A program made the translations under genes and the position numbers. Positions 11,401 through 26,400 of a DNA stretch of 64,000 nt are shown here, in pieces (position 1 is the stretch's first letter; every line of letters starts with the position of its first letter). The notes beneath the pieces were generated by a model that saw only the letters and a list, made by a program, of their open reading frames with translations, had not been told where the DNA came from and did not search any database. Origin of the DNA: Vicugna vicugna (taxonomy: Eukaryota). The DNA is taken from NCBI GenBank assembly GCA_013265495.1, contig MU058384.1:2579010-2643009 (forward strand). The letters are read 5' to 3'.

Positions 11401-14400
11401 ATTAATTACATGGCACAATGTCGTGTAACCATCATAACTATCAACTTCCAAAACTTTTTCTTTACCTCAGACAGAAACTCTGCTCCCATTAAAGCAACAG
11501 CTCTGCATTTGCCCCTCGCTCCAGCCCCTGGTAACCTCTACTTGATTTTCTGTCTCTACGAATTTACCTATTCTAGATATTTCGCCTATGCAGAATCATA
11601 AAATATTTATCTTTTTGTGTCTGGCTTATTTCACTTAGCGAAATGTTTTTGAGGTAGATTGCTGCTGCAGCTTGTATTAGAACTTCATTACTTTTTATGG
11701 ACGATTTATATTCCACTGTATGTACATATCACATTTGTCTATGTACAAAAATACCTAGACTAGAATATACAAAATAGCCCCTTCTACATTTTAATTTTAA
11801 TACTTCTAATTTTCCTGCAAAAGAAAACTGTATCAGAAGATGGCAGTTTAAAAATATCACTACTAAAAGAAACTACTTTCCCAGTTTTGAGTATCTCCAT
11901 TAACAGGAGGCAAAACCAAAGTCACAGACAATAAATATAGTAGAACTAGGTGACAAGAAATTCTCATAAACCTCAAAATATAAGCAGTTGTGGAGACACT
12001 AATATATAGGACACAGAGGACAGAAAAACATGTTACACCACTGAAGGGGGTGCAACCAGTAAAATCCACATAGAAAACTCTACAGGACAAGGAACCTCAC
12101 TTCTTCCACAAATAAACTGCAAAGGAGTAAACGAGAGCTGGAGAGGAAAACCCACAGACTGACAAGCACTTAAGTAAGAGATGGAACAGCCAAATGTGTG
12201 TGTAGATAATATGAATCCTGAAAATTGACTGATGTGTATAAGAAAACTGGAAAATTCAATACCACATATTTGATGTTACTGAAGAATTACTGTTCACTTT
12301 TAAGCGCAATAATGACATTACGGTTATGTTTGTTGTCTTTAAAGGACACATACCAAACATTTACAGATGAGATGCTGTAATATCTGGGACTTGCTTTAAA
12401 ACAGTGTGGAAAGGAGAAGCGGGTGGGGGGAGAGGGAGACAGGGAGAGAGCGTGCGCGCGCATGTATGTGTAGATATACATAATACGAGATTGGCTATGT
12501 AGTAATAATGGTTGAAGCTGGGTGATGGATACATGACTATTCCTTATACCACTCTGCCTAGTTTTTATGTATGTTTGACATTTCCATAGGAAGATGGAAA
12601 AGCAATTATTTGCTTTTGGAAACCAGAGGAATCATATTTAAGAGTGTATTGATGGTGAGAATTAATTTTAAATATTCAAAGCTTTTACTTTTAGTCTTCT
12701 CTCTGATCTAGGTATATATCATATATAACTAAAACTTTAAGCTCTCAATGAATTTATAGTGTGGGAAGCCTTAGATAGGTGCTTGGCTGAACTTCATCCA
12801 TAAGACGGTGGGCTGCCTAGGGAAAAAAACAGATTAATGGTTTGCACAAATGGGAAGGGAATGATCGCGGTTACATATACAAACCATCTACAACTGTTTT
12901 AAAGACTGTATTATAGATAAGCAACATTAACTTCTTATAATTGTCTGGGTTGGAGGTTTAAGATGCCGAGTAAAAATTATTCTTATCTAATCATTAAAAT
13001 GAAACCTCTATGAGGCAACCTCTAGCTAATTTCCAATATTTTAATTGTTCTTCATGTTAGATATTCATTCTTTCCTATAGTTTTTCATCACAACTAGTCT
13101 GAATTAGTAAGGTTGTACTGTTTATAAGCCCTATGGAAACCTGGACGTTTTCTACCTACTGCCGTAAACGAATTTGTATCAGAAAAATAAACCAGAAGAG
13201 TAATTAAAAAACAAACTAAAAAGCAAATGAAAAAAACCTTCCCTCAAAGTTCTTCTGCCCAGATGTCAGATCCCTTTAAGGATATCATTCCCATTTCTAG
13301 ATCTAGAAATAGGACAGAGTTATCTGAACTGAGAGACAGCAAACGTGAGCATGAGTTAACCCACCTGAAAGTTATCCAAAGCTACTAGATTGAACTCAAA
13401 TTCACAGGAAATTACATGGGAACGCATTTGAAACACACTCTTTAAATGTATTCTTTTAATGAGCCTTCAGCTTCACCAGTTACAGATACATTCTCTCTTC
13501 TGTAAAGGCTTAATTTCCCCAGCCTCTAACCAAAAACCTGCAGGAAGTAATTATATAATGACTGTTTCCTAGAAGGTATTAAAGACAATTACCAGCCAAT
13601 TTAAGTACCAATGCACCAATGCAACCACAATGCAATTTGCTAAATTCAAGGGAATTCTGAGTTAGAAACTATACTGGGTGGACCCTGCAAATCTACACTG
13701 GTTTTAGATGGAGGATCTATCTCAAAAAGGACAGCTTTGGAGGCATCAATTGTAAAATGCTTTTGGAGAGTCCATGGAAACTTCAGGGTAGACTGGTTCT
13801 GTTAGAATTATAAATCATAAAAATACAAATGGGTTCATGATTTCTTAAGTTACTTAATTCATGGCTAAGGCTTCTGGGAACATGAACACAGGAAATAAAC
13901 TGGTTTAGTCCAACCAACTGACTTACCAGTGTCATCATCAAAATCAGACAGGACTGACTCCATTCCATCCTCACTGCTCGCCGACTGCTCCTGAAGTCTT
14001 CGAGGCAAGCTAGCAAGTCGCCCGCTAAGGAATATTGGCTTCAAGGGCATTTTGTAGATTTTGGCCAATAACTAAATTAAAAAATACCAAATTGCAATTA
14101 TATACTGGAAAAATCTGCACTCTGAGTATAAATAACAAAACTATATCCTGGTAAGAGAAGGGGGAGAGAAAACCAGAAAGGCTCCCACTGTGTGGAAGTT
14201 TTAAACTTGGTTGTGACTTGGCTTCATAAGGCCGCTTACAAGAGGCATTTATCCCATGAAGCAGATGACACAGAGTTCAATGGCAACAAAAAGGTAGAGA
14301 AAGAGGACCCTATGGAGACTTTCCAGCATCTCAACTGCATGGCAGTCTGGCAGACTTTCATAAACCTGCCAAGGGAACCATGAAACATGTCAAGAATTTT

Positions 14401-17400
14401 TGCCTGGGAGAGAGAGTTCTGTGGGGATCACTGAGAAGAGAGTCTGTAGGCAAAGGAGATGCCAGCCTCTGATTTCCCTTCCCCTGACTTAACATCAGTG
14501 AAACGGGGCAACTGGGGAAATGGAGGAATCCGTGGGCAAGGCTGAGAGATGAAGGCATGAGAAGCAGGGCTAACAGGTTGTCCGGGGCCCTATCCTGTCC
14601 TCACTGCTACAGCCCCGTCCCCCAGGATCTGTTACTGGGACAAACTCCTAAGGACCCATGTATCGCTACAAATTAGAGTGGTGCCAGCTGTGCCTGTATG
14701 GTTTTAGAGATTAGGGAAACAGCTGCGAGGGAGACAGACAAAATTTCTGTCCTGTGCATCTTACAGACATACTCCTTTCTCAGATAAAATTTCTGACATT
14801 AATGTTACAGAGAAAATTAGACAGATGGTCCTAGAAAGAGTAACCTGGGGTATGTGGGGAATGTTGGCAGGGAGCTGGTGGACACCTAAGCCCTGGTCTC
14901 TCTGAGGAGGCGATGTTTCAGATGAGACCTGGAAGATACGGAGTGTCATACAGAGATCCCAGGAGAGGAAATTCCAGGCAGAGGGAGCAGCAAAGGTCCT
15001 GAGCAGTCATAGCGGTTTGAGGGGTAGAAAGTGAGCGTGGGTGAGCCCAGTGAGTGGGAGGGAAGGGTCTGAGGGTGGGAGGGGAGGGGGTCACGTCACG
15101 TGGGGCCCTGCGGAGGAAGAAGTCAGAGCCATGTGTCCTTTCTGAAGCTTCCGGGAGAGGATGTCACGGAGCTTAGAGGACAAAGGGCTTCAAGGAGGGA
15201 GTGCCGTCTTGCTCCACTGGCGTGTGACACGGATGAGGACACAGAACTACTGGGCTTAGCATAAGGAAGGTCATTGTTCACACTGATAGCGACGTTTTAT
15301 CGGATTTCTGGACTAGATCTTGACTGAATACGTCCCTTTTTCTTTTTTTATGTCTCTCTTCAGCCCACTGTGTGCAGCCCACTGTCCACACTTTGGCATC
15401 ATCAGGAAGATTCCCCATGGCCTCCCAGCCTGACACAGGTGTCAAGATTAAGGTATTTCAGGCACCGGAGTATAAATGAGAAGTGTCAGGGGTCTCAAAA
15501 TCCAGTTGTGTTCTGGTATGTTTTTATTTCTCACTTTCTCTCCTTTGTAGAGGGGTGGGGACAAAAATTTATACTCTAAATTGAAGCCCCAGTCTCCTCA
15601 GAGATAGCAGAAAGTACTTCTCTTGGGCTCAATGCCAAAAGACATTCAGGCCTGATTTGCAAACATCTTCTGAGGCAGGTTTCGGGGCCTGGGTACCTGA
15701 GAACAGCGCCGGAGGTAATCCAGGGCGGGGAGGCACAGGTCTGGGGACGTGGCTCCTGGTCCTGGGACACAGTCTCCAATTTCTTTACAGTCCACCTCCC
15801 CTGGGGGGCGGCAGGGGGGACAGAGACAAACACAGTTACCCTTGCTCATCCCTTCACAACAGAAGACCTATTTATTTATGCAGCATTAGTTCACCAAATG
15901 TCTACTGCAAAAGAAATATTACTCCAACTTGTAAAACCCTGAGAAAACTCCTTTCAGAATTCCCCCTACACATGCACATGTTAAACACAGTTGGCATCAT
16001 CCTGTACTTTTGTTGGAATTAATCTGTTTCAAAACTCTCCTTTTCACTAAACAACAAATCCATTTTCCATGTCCTACCACAGTACTTTCAGTGGCTGGAC
16101 AGTGTTTTTGGTACCTGGGCACAGTGTAATTCATCGTCATTCACTTGATTCATTGATGGTGTGACTCCTGAATCTTTGATGACCGGGGATGAGCCTGGAG
16201 ACCAGCCACGTGCTGGGCTGGAATGAAGCAAGGCCCCTCTCTGTTTGGAAAAGGACCTGGTTTATCACCAGTCCTCAGCATTAAACAGCAATGATAAATG
16301 AAGACTCTGGGAAGATTCTAAATTATCTGGGGCCTAGGGATGGAGCCTACTTAATTGAACTGAAATGACTTTCAATTTTTGTGTCTATATCTAGAGCTCT
16401 AACAGACCTGTAGAGGGCGTCCAGATATTCTGTAGGTAAATAGTAGTTGAGAACTATCATTTTTCTTCTCATGTAATGAATCTACTTCCATACTTTTAAT
16501 AAAATCACTCCACAGTACTGTAATTGTTTCTAATTGTCTACAGTCGTAGCAATGAGCACCCTCCCCTGTGGGCAAACAGACATAATTACTGGGCATTAGC
16601 TAAAATTTAGAAGATAAAGAGGCATGTTTCTCCTTTAAAAAGAAGAGAGAAGGTAAGCATTTCCTGTGTTTTTGGCCAGAGATTGGCAAACTTTTTTTAT
16701 ACAGACCGAGAAGTAAATTTTTTAGGCTTTGCAGGTCACACTGTCTTTGTTGCAGTTTCTTAACTCTCTCATCGTAGCACAAAAACAGCCTTAGACAAAC
16801 GACCGTGCCTGTGTTCCAATAAAACTTTGCTTATAAAAACTAAGAGTGGGTAGGAATTGGCCTGCGGGCCATAGTCTGCCAACAGCTAGTTTAGATGAAT
16901 GCACTTCACAATATAAAAACACAGAGCTGTTCAAATTCATGTTGAAATAACCAAGTGGGAATTAAAAATAAATTCATTTCCCATCACAGTGAGTGTTCCA
17001 AAGTGTTTGAGGCCGCTGTGTCACACATCCAAGTCTGTGCTAATGGCGCCCCCTGGAGCCGGGGCAGGACACAGCCCGCATGGCTACACTGGGGGCTCAG
17101 ACGTTCCCACTGACCCCACCCCACCCCACAGACAAGTAACTGCACCTTGTAATTCACAGAAAAAAGTAGAATCTAGCTGTTTTAAATACCCTGAGGTGCA
17201 CACTGATAATTCTGCACCTCTATTTTCAGGCCCTAGCTCCCTCCCCAAGAAAAAAATCTCAAATTTCTAACATTTCTAACATGTTCCTAGGCATCTCCAC
17301 CTGAATATGTCCCAGAAGCTCAACATGTCCAAATGTCCAAAGACAGAATTCATTACTGTTTCCTCTCCTCCACCCCTTCTGGGTATCCTAATTTGGGGTA

Positions 17401-20400
17401 ACACTCCTGGCAAGGAACATGGGGAGTGGGGACTCACCCTCCCAGCTCCTCCTCTCTCAGCCCTATCCATCCCATCTCTACAGTCTCCTGAATGCCACCC
17501 TCTCTGCTCTCTCCCAAACAACCGCAGCTCAGGTCTCTGACTGAAGCCTCTTGTCCTCACCCACAGGAATGCGTGCCTGTCAGTGTTTCATTTCTAAGAT
17601 CCCAGGCGATGCACCTCACTTCAGCATAGAAGTCTTCCCCGCATGTTCTAGTCCCTGTTGTGGCATGCAGAGCCCTTCACAGCCTGGCCCCTTCCTTTCT
17701 TTCCAACTCATCACCCAGTGTCTCTCCTATTTGGGTACTTAACAACAAACCCTACTTTTAGAAAAGTCAACCAATGGCTCACTCCACAAAGTTCAAATGT
17801 CACTTCCTCTTTGAAGTCTGCACGGGCCCTTCTACCAACCACCCTGTCTCAGCTGCGTGTTCATTTCAGTTTAAATGGCTTTTTTAAATTTTACTAAGGT
17901 CTATAAAAGTACTCATCTTACTGAATTGTGATTATTGATTTATATGTCTGTTTCCCAGAAGAGGCTGTCAGCCTCCCACAGGCGGGAAGCACGTTTTATT
18001 CATCTCTATCCCCAGAGTACGGACAGGCCACTCACCCACGTAGCAGGCACTCGACTGTTCACTGAACAATAGAATACCAATAATAATGGTTCTTAAATGA
18101 AATACAAGACTGTGAAATAATAGAAAATACACATTTTGGTCTCTGCTCCCGGTTCCTGGCACAGAGCTACTAAAATCCTCGTAGTTTACTAAGTGATAAG
18201 AATACTAGGGGCATCTTTTGTTCTAATACTTGGTCTTCAAAGCCAGTTCCTGATGCAGAGCTCCTAAATCTCTCACAGCTTCCTGGGTGATAGTCTTTTG
18301 TTCTAATGAGGCAATGCTTAGTGAACTGGATTGGGGCTGGTTGCCCAGAAAGATCACACCAGGATGAGAAGCTTGAGACATTGAGCACCATCCCTTTATC
18401 CTTTAGCAAAAAGAGAGGGGCGGAAAATTGTGTTAATGATTGATCATGCCTACATGATGAAGCCTCCATAAAAAAATCCCCAAAGTATGGGGTCTGGAGT
18501 GCTTCTGGGTTGATGACCACATCTACATGCTGGGAGGGTGTACCCCAACTCAGTGGGGTCAGAGGCTCCCGCAACTGCGACCCTCCGGACCTCACTGTAT
18601 GTATCTCTTCGCCTGGCTGTTCATCTGTATCCTCTTATCACAGCCATTATTATGTAATAAACTGGTACACGTAAGCATTCCCCTGAGTTCTGTGAGCTAT
18701 TCTAACAAAAGATCGAATCCAAGGGGTGGGAAGTCTTGGGAACCTGTGATTTGTAGCCAAGCTACGACAGACATGGTGGGTAACTTGGGGACCTGCTACT
18801 TGCAGTTGGTGTTTGAAATGGGGGGCAGTCGTGTAGGATGGCGCCCTTAACCTGTGCGGTCTGTGCTAACTCTGGTTAGTGATGGAGCTGAACTGAGTAG
18901 TAGGACACCCAGCTGGTATCACAGAGAACAGCTTGGTGTGGGCGCAAACCCCACACATCTCACATCAAGAAGTGCTGTGAGTGTGCTAGTAGCTGACAGA
19001 GTAAAGGAGAAACACAGGAGGAAGAGGTTTTTCTAGACAAGGACTGGATTTTTTACTATCTAAGGCAGAGATTCAGGCTTTAAGGTATTCTTATGATTAA
19101 GATACTAAGTTGTTTGGCTTCTATTTAATGTAGAGCAGAATTTAAAAAGAATAAAATCTTAATTCTGTCTCTCAAAAGAAGTCTTCCTCTGAAGCCCAGT
19201 CTGCAAAGTCAATAAGTGAGGGGCTTCTGTGGGTACCCTTCAGCTCAGCCCTCCGTCCCCAGGACATACAGAGTAAGAGAACAGAGACACATAATAACAG
19301 AAAATAATGATGGTCTACAGATCAGACCTGTGGCCTCCAGCCTCTATCTTGAAACTTGCATTTCATTCCTGCTCCGTGCTTCCAAAATAAGGGGAGCATG
19401 AGTGAAGTCACCTAGCTTCTCGTGTTCTATTCTCTTTTTCAAAGAAATTGTCAATCATTTGGCAAGAATATAAAAGAATATTATGAACTTTATATATATA
19501 TATATAGTTTGTTTGTTTAAAAGGTTCTCAAGGTTCCAGATCTAAGAGCACTCCGGGGTGAAACTCTCAAAATTTGAGCTCCTTTTTCTTTTAGTTTAAC
19601 TAACTGCCACTTCCTTCCATTTCACCCCAAACCGATGCTATGAAAACATCTGCTCTGGCAGGTCATGTTGTGCAGCAAGACTCTGCTGTGTTAAAGTTTT
19701 CCCAAATTAAGCATCAGATCAGCTAGGTGGTTCCTGAAATACACAAGGCCTCAGAGAAGGGTGCCTTCTACACTTCCAAAATACATTCTATAATCAAAAA
19801 GGTCTAGGGGAAGGCATTCTTAATTTTTGCTCAAGAGCTGGTAACTCAAAATCAGGCTGCTAATTATGGACATTAAGGACAGTCATTTCCTGCATAAGGG
19901 ACAATGGTTGAATATAATATTGAATATTTTAAGATTCATAAAGAAGTCAGAGTAAAATAATACATAGATTGAAACATGCTTCATTAGGAAATTATTCCAT
20001 GAACACAATGAAAAATATCAACACTAGACAAAACCCAAGCTGAGTTTACAGTGAGCTTTGTGACTCTGAGTACACAGCACAGCACCATCTGCTTCTATCC
20101 CTGGATGCCATCCAGGAAAGGACCCCTCGCTGGCAGGAGGTATGAAAAGAGGACTCCACTTACCCAGTCCTTTGACAAACTTCATAAGGCACATGATGTA
20201 ACTAGTGGCTGCGTTAGCAAAGACCTGGATGTTGTCGGTATTGAGAAAAGCTTCAAATACATCAAACACCGGAGCTTGGCCTTTTCCTGAGAGAGAAAGA
20301 TGACAGAGTTTTAAGAATGTCATTTCCCTACCTTTCCAGTTGCCTTTATTCCCAGCACCTTCCACGGAGCCTTAGAAAAAGCCACTGGACAAAAGCCCAG

Positions 20401-23400
20401 GCCCTTGGAAAACTAGCTTGACTCCCATATTGTCTTTCTCAGCATTGCCTGCAGGGAGCGCTGTAGGAAGGCTACGAAGAGATCTCGGTAGAGGGATGAG
20501 GGCAAAGCAGGCTGAATGCAGGGTTGAGGCAATGTGTAGGCTTTACAGGGAAACTGAATACGTGGCTTGGAATTCTCCTGCACACAGAATCACAGAGAAG
20601 GGAAGGTTTAGAGAAATCCTTCATGGCATATCTAATTTATTCATACCTGTGCTGAAAAGAGCATAGAAGGCTGAAGACTCCTCTCCTTAGAAAGGCCTGC
20701 TTGCAAGGTTGGCCCTTGGCTGGAGTCTGGGAACCTGGCTCTCAGAATATTCCCAGGCAACAGTTAACTGGATGGGTCACTGGGCCCAGACTGTTGGTAC
20801 CAATAACATGGTTTAAACTGAGTACCTGCTTTTTTCTTTTTCAGGGAGTGTAGATTTTGGTACATGCTGGGCAGAGGGCTGCCCAAGTGACCAGCCCTCA
20901 GCTGGGTCTCTCATGGGCTTCCCCAGACAGAAAGACCTACACACTGCCCTAGAGTCAGGCACAAGTGTGCGCTCTGTGGGAACCCCTCATGGGAGGGCGA
21001 GGGCTCAGAGAAGCCTGCACAGGGGTTCTGTGTGCTCTTCCCTTATGCCCTGGCTTGCCCTTCCTACGTCGCCCTAACAAATCTTGGCTGTGAGCCATGT
21101 AATAAATCTGAGCTGGGTGATGCATCTCAGCGTAACTACAGGCCGAGTCCCATGAGTCCTGGTGGGTCTCTGAATGTGGGGGTTGTCTTGGGGTCCCTGA
21201 AACAACACTCCAGGCCCCTGGGCCCGCTCTGTGGCTGCTGCTCATCTACTTCCGGCCAGACTCATTCTCCCTAATTCCATGAGGGAGGAAGGCTCCCTGA
21301 TTCTTTGATACTTTTGTGCTTCTTACTGGCAAGCAGATAACTTTTCATTTTGGCTTTATGAATGAACAAATGGACTCCACACCGATACATACAAGTGAGA
21401 CAGTGAAGTCTCTTGGCCTTTTTGGTCCAATCTGTCATTGAGAGTGGGGCCTGAACCCTCAGGGTTCTTGGCCTGCTGGCAGGACTCAGAACTTGTGTCC
21501 CTGCCACGCCAGCTCATTTACTGCTCACAGAGCACAGCTGAATGTCAGCCTCCCCTAGTGTTCAACTTCTTCTGAACGCATGAAGCCTGGCACAAAGATC
21601 TAATGCTCCAGAGCAGGAGTCTTCCACACACGCTTCCCACTATCCCGGCTCCTGTTCGACACAGGACCCGAAGTCCCAGCCGGAGCAATTCGGCAAGAGA
21701 CAGAAAGAAAATGAATCTAAATTGGAAAGACAGAGGTAACATCTCTTCCTCTTTTGGATGATGACATGATCTGATATATAGAAAATCTTAGACTCCACCA
21801 AAACCTGAGAACTATAATAATTACAATGTAGAATTAATATACAAATTCAGTAAGGGTTCAGGACACAAAAATCAACAGAGTCTCACCCATGGAGTAATCA
21901 CCAACCAGGTACTCCTTCACCTCAGACTTGTTTCCGCTGTGCACTGTTTCCAGGGCACTGAACAGGGGCCTCCACCCCGACTGGATTTGGGTGGAACAGA
22001 CTTCAACCAGCTCACCGATGGATGTGACCACCTGGAAGAGGCAGAGGAGGTGGCAATGAACGGCCTTTCCTTAAAAGAAGCAGGAGAATTTCTGGGGAGA
22101 GTGATGTATTTCTCTGCTCCCTACTTCTGGGTTAATTTTAGTGAAAGGGAAAAACCTAGAACCTAGAACAACTCAGATTATCTCCTAAACAAGCAGTCAC
22201 GATGCATTAATCTCCACTTTACTAATGACTAACATTGCTAAGCAACTTTTCACATGCCATTTGTAAATATTTTGCTGTTTTTGAAATTAGGTTTTGTCTT
22301 CTCCACGTTGTCTTTTTATTATGGAGTTTTTGGGGTTCTTTACACATTTTAGATTTAAGCCCTTAATGAGACATGATTTGCAAGTTTGTTTTTTTTTTTC
22401 ACAGCTTAGGGCTTCTCTTTTTTATTTTTAAATGATGTCTTTTGAAGAACAAAGCTGACATCCCACTGATCTCTAAGGCTTTATTTTGCTCAGACTTAAT
22501 TGTCTGTGATCTTCAGAATGAATACTTCACGTTACTGTATTTTCAGGTTCACTGATTCTTTCTTCTGCAGTGTCAAATCTTGCTAGTAAGCCTGTACAGT
22601 GGATTTTTCACTTCCGTTATTGTCCTTTTCAACTCTAGAATTTGCATTCTTTCAGTTTCCATTTATCTACTTAGATTTCCCATTTTTTGAGTCATTGCTA
22701 TATTTTCCTTTAATTCTTTGAGCATATTTATAATAGCTGCTTTAAAGCCTCTGTCCCCTAATCCAACACCCCAAGCCAGAGCTGGGACCCAGTGAGCAGA
22801 ACCCTCTTCCCACCATGTGTACTGGATTTCTTTGGCTAAACACTTTGTGATTTCTATTAAGACAGTGATCTTAATAGAGATCACCAGCTCTTCTAGATCC
22901 TATGTCTGCTCACCTTCCTCACCCCAAATCTGCATTTTGGGTCCAAATAACCGTGGTTTTAACCTAACCCAACACCTGGTCTCACTCTAAGTCAGTTTCT
23001 ATTTATTGCTTTCCTCCCCAAGTGCACATCGCTCTTTCTTGTTTCTTTGCATGTCTCACTTTTTTTTTTTTTTGGCTGAACATTCGATATTCTAGATATA
23101 CTGTAGCAATGCTGGATTCTGATTTATTTTTGAGTTTTTTTTTTAACTAATTTGCTTGGACTTATATTGTAGAATTTTTGTTCTTCCCATGGTACCAATC
23201 GTACCAATGTCTTGCTCAATTTTTTAATTTTTATTTTTCAGCCTGACTTCCTAGTGCTATCCTCATGTCTGCGTAGGTTAGTGGTCAGCTGATAAAATGA
23301 ACAGAGATTTTGCTCAAACACCTTGAGACTTTAAGACTTCCACTCTCATGGCAGTGGGGTGGTGTGTAGCTCAATGGTATAGTGTGTAATTAGCATGCAC

Positions 23401-26400
23401 AAGGTCCTGGGTTCAATCCCCAGTACTTCTATTTAAAAATAAACAAATAAATAAAAATAAACCTTATTTCCCCCTCCCCTCCCTGCCATCAAATAAACAA
23501 AAGAGACTTTCTTGTGCAGGTTGGGGAGAATTTTCAAAGTTCAGCCAGTTCTTAAGTTTCTCTGGTCTTTTACTTTCTGATGGGATCTGTATGGTCTATC
23601 CTGTATATGCCCATGTCTCAGTGATAGCCAGAGATGTATGAGGAATTTACCTAGCCCTTCTATGAATCTCTGGTTTCCAGAGTCTCATGTTAATTTCTGA
23701 TTGGTTCACCACTGCAACCTTAGGCTGGCAAAGTTACCGTACTGTCTTGCTCATTTCCAAAGAATTCATCCCTCTTAGTTAATAGGCTAACTGTCTTTTC
23801 CCCTCTTCTCCAAACCAAATCTGTCTCTTACAGCAGAAAAGCTGATTTTCTCAGTCAGCCTCACAGAGGTCAAATTCCTACTCTTGCTAACAGTTTGTGA
23901 GTAAGAGTTGATGACTTCGGTCTTCAGAAAGAAGGTCACAGATTCCCACTGTTCTTAACCAAAGTTCCGGCAAGAACTATTTTTAAGCATAAATGCTACT
24001 CAATTCATTGTCTGCCCTTGGTCAATTTCAAGAGCCCTGAAATAGTTGCTTTTGACAATTTTTTCTTTTTGTATACTTGATTTTTGTGGAGAGGATTCAC
24101 TAACTTCTTCATGCCTCCAGAGCCAAAATCCCTCCTGTCCTAAATCTTTCTGAATATAGTTCAGAACTTAGTAAGCATAGTTATTTTAAAGTCAGCCTCT
24201 GATTAACTCTGATATTTGGATCCCTGGTAGGGACCTGGGGAGGGGGGGTGTGTGTGTCTATTTTTATTGTTTGCCTTTCTTTCTGTATTCATGACATGTT
24301 ATCTCCTAATGAGCCAATTATTTCTGATTGAATGCAGACCTTTAGCTTCACCTGACAGCAAATTCCCGCGCGCAAATCCAGTCTCAGAGCTCTGCTTACT
24401 TCTTTAGCTTCCCATTGTTACTTAGTTTGGGGCATGCTGATATTCCTTACTTTCTTGCCAGGGTATGTATGTATGTATGTATGTATGTATTTATTTTTAA
24501 TGGAGGTACCGGGGATTGAATCCAGGAACTCGTGCATGCTAAGCATGCGTTCTACTACTGAGCTATTACCTTCCCACTTTGTCAATGTACTTAAAATTTT
24601 TAACCCTTATTTAACATTTTTAGTAGATTTCAGAGACAGAGAATCTGTCTGTGTTCCTAGCCCACCATCATGCTAGATATGAAGTCTCCAGTTAGTCTGT
24701 TGACCATCTGTCTCTCAGTAGAGGGTATGATAGTGGTTAAGAATATAGGCTTAGGTGTGAGAGTATAGATTAGTACAGTCAGACTGCCTGCTTCAAATCC
24801 CAGTTCCAACAATCACTGATCATGGACCCTTAGCTAAACTGCTTAACCTCTTTTAGTCATCGACCCCACATAGGATCATTGGAACACTCATAGGATAGTA
24901 CCAGCACTCAGAAAGAGCCAACAGGCTGTGGAGAGGATGGTGGACACTGCTACCATGACACACTGACCTGGTCCTGGACATCCTCGTCACACAACTCCAG
25001 CTGCATAATACGCTCAAAAGGTCGGAAGAGAGCTTCGTTAAAGTGAAAATGAGGGGGCTCATTCCAGTCAGTGAGAACCTCTGTCAGTATATCATGGATG
25101 AAGGAGACCGCCTTCTGAGACACGTGCCTTTCCTTATGGCAGGCAGCCTGCAAAGGTCATGAGAGTTAAACACTGGCAAGACTTCAGGCAACAAAAAATT
25201 TGGTTTCTGAAGGTTTTCCTTGCCCACTTTATTGGAGGGAGGTGGAAGCAGCAATTCTGTTAAAGTAAAAGACTTTAGGAGCTAAATGTTAATGAACAGC
25301 ACACTAAATTGCATTTTTAATAATTTCACCAACTGATCAGATACAGCTCCAATTTCCCTTTGAAGTTTCTGGAAAAGTAAGCATTTCTAGTAACTTCTTC
25401 TTTTTTCCCCCTGTAACATGACAGTTTTCCTAGGTAGTGTTGAACATGCTGACTATAAAGACATTGGAATCTGGTCTGGAAACTGCTCATGGTCTCTGTG
25501 TCAGCCATGCCCCAAACAGATGAAGACCAGATGAGTCATTTGTCCCTCAGTAATGTGGGCTGATTGTGCCAACGAAGCTTTAATTGGCTCACATCTTTGT
25601 ATCCATGTCCTTTAGTAGTCCTCTCCCACACTGACCCTGAGCTTGGGTGTGTGACTTGCTTTGGACAATGGAAGGATAGCAAATATTGTATAAGTAGAAC
25701 ATTGAAAAATAATTCTGATTTGGGGTTTGCCCTCTTGCTTTCTTTGGGGATCCTAAGAATGTCATGTGAGTGAGCCAGGGCTCATCTGCTAGAAAGGGAG
25801 AGATCATAGAAAGAGTCCCACTGGTCCAGTCTTCCCAGTCAAGGCCACCATGAACCAGCCAGCCCCAATCTTGCAGCAGCCAACTGTAGCTGAACACATA
25901 AGGCCAGCTGAGATTTGCCAAGCCTGGCCCAGACCGAGAGAGCTACACAGCTCAGCTCAAATTTTTGACCCAGAGAATCATGAGCTAAATAAACAGTCAC
26001 TGTTTTAAGTCAGTAGGTTTTTTGGGGTGGTTTATTACAGTATAATAGATAACAATATACTGTTTCTCCATAACGAAGTTATTTTTTACCCTCTTCCCTT
26101 ACTAGAATGTTCTCAGGTTAGTGAATTTACTTCCAAAAAATAATTTATTTTATGACATATCTTGACCAGGTAAATGCTAACGGGCTATTAAGAATAGTTA
26201 TCACTAACCAATGGGTCAATGATGACATCAAAGTTGAAATCAAAAAATACCTTGAGACAAATGAAAATGAAAACACAACCACACAAAATTTATGGGACGC
26301 AGCAAAGGCAGTGCTAAGAGGGAAGTTTGCAGCGATGCAGGCCTTCCTCAAAAAAGAAGAACAATCTCAAATAAACAACCCACTAGGTAAAAGAACTAGA

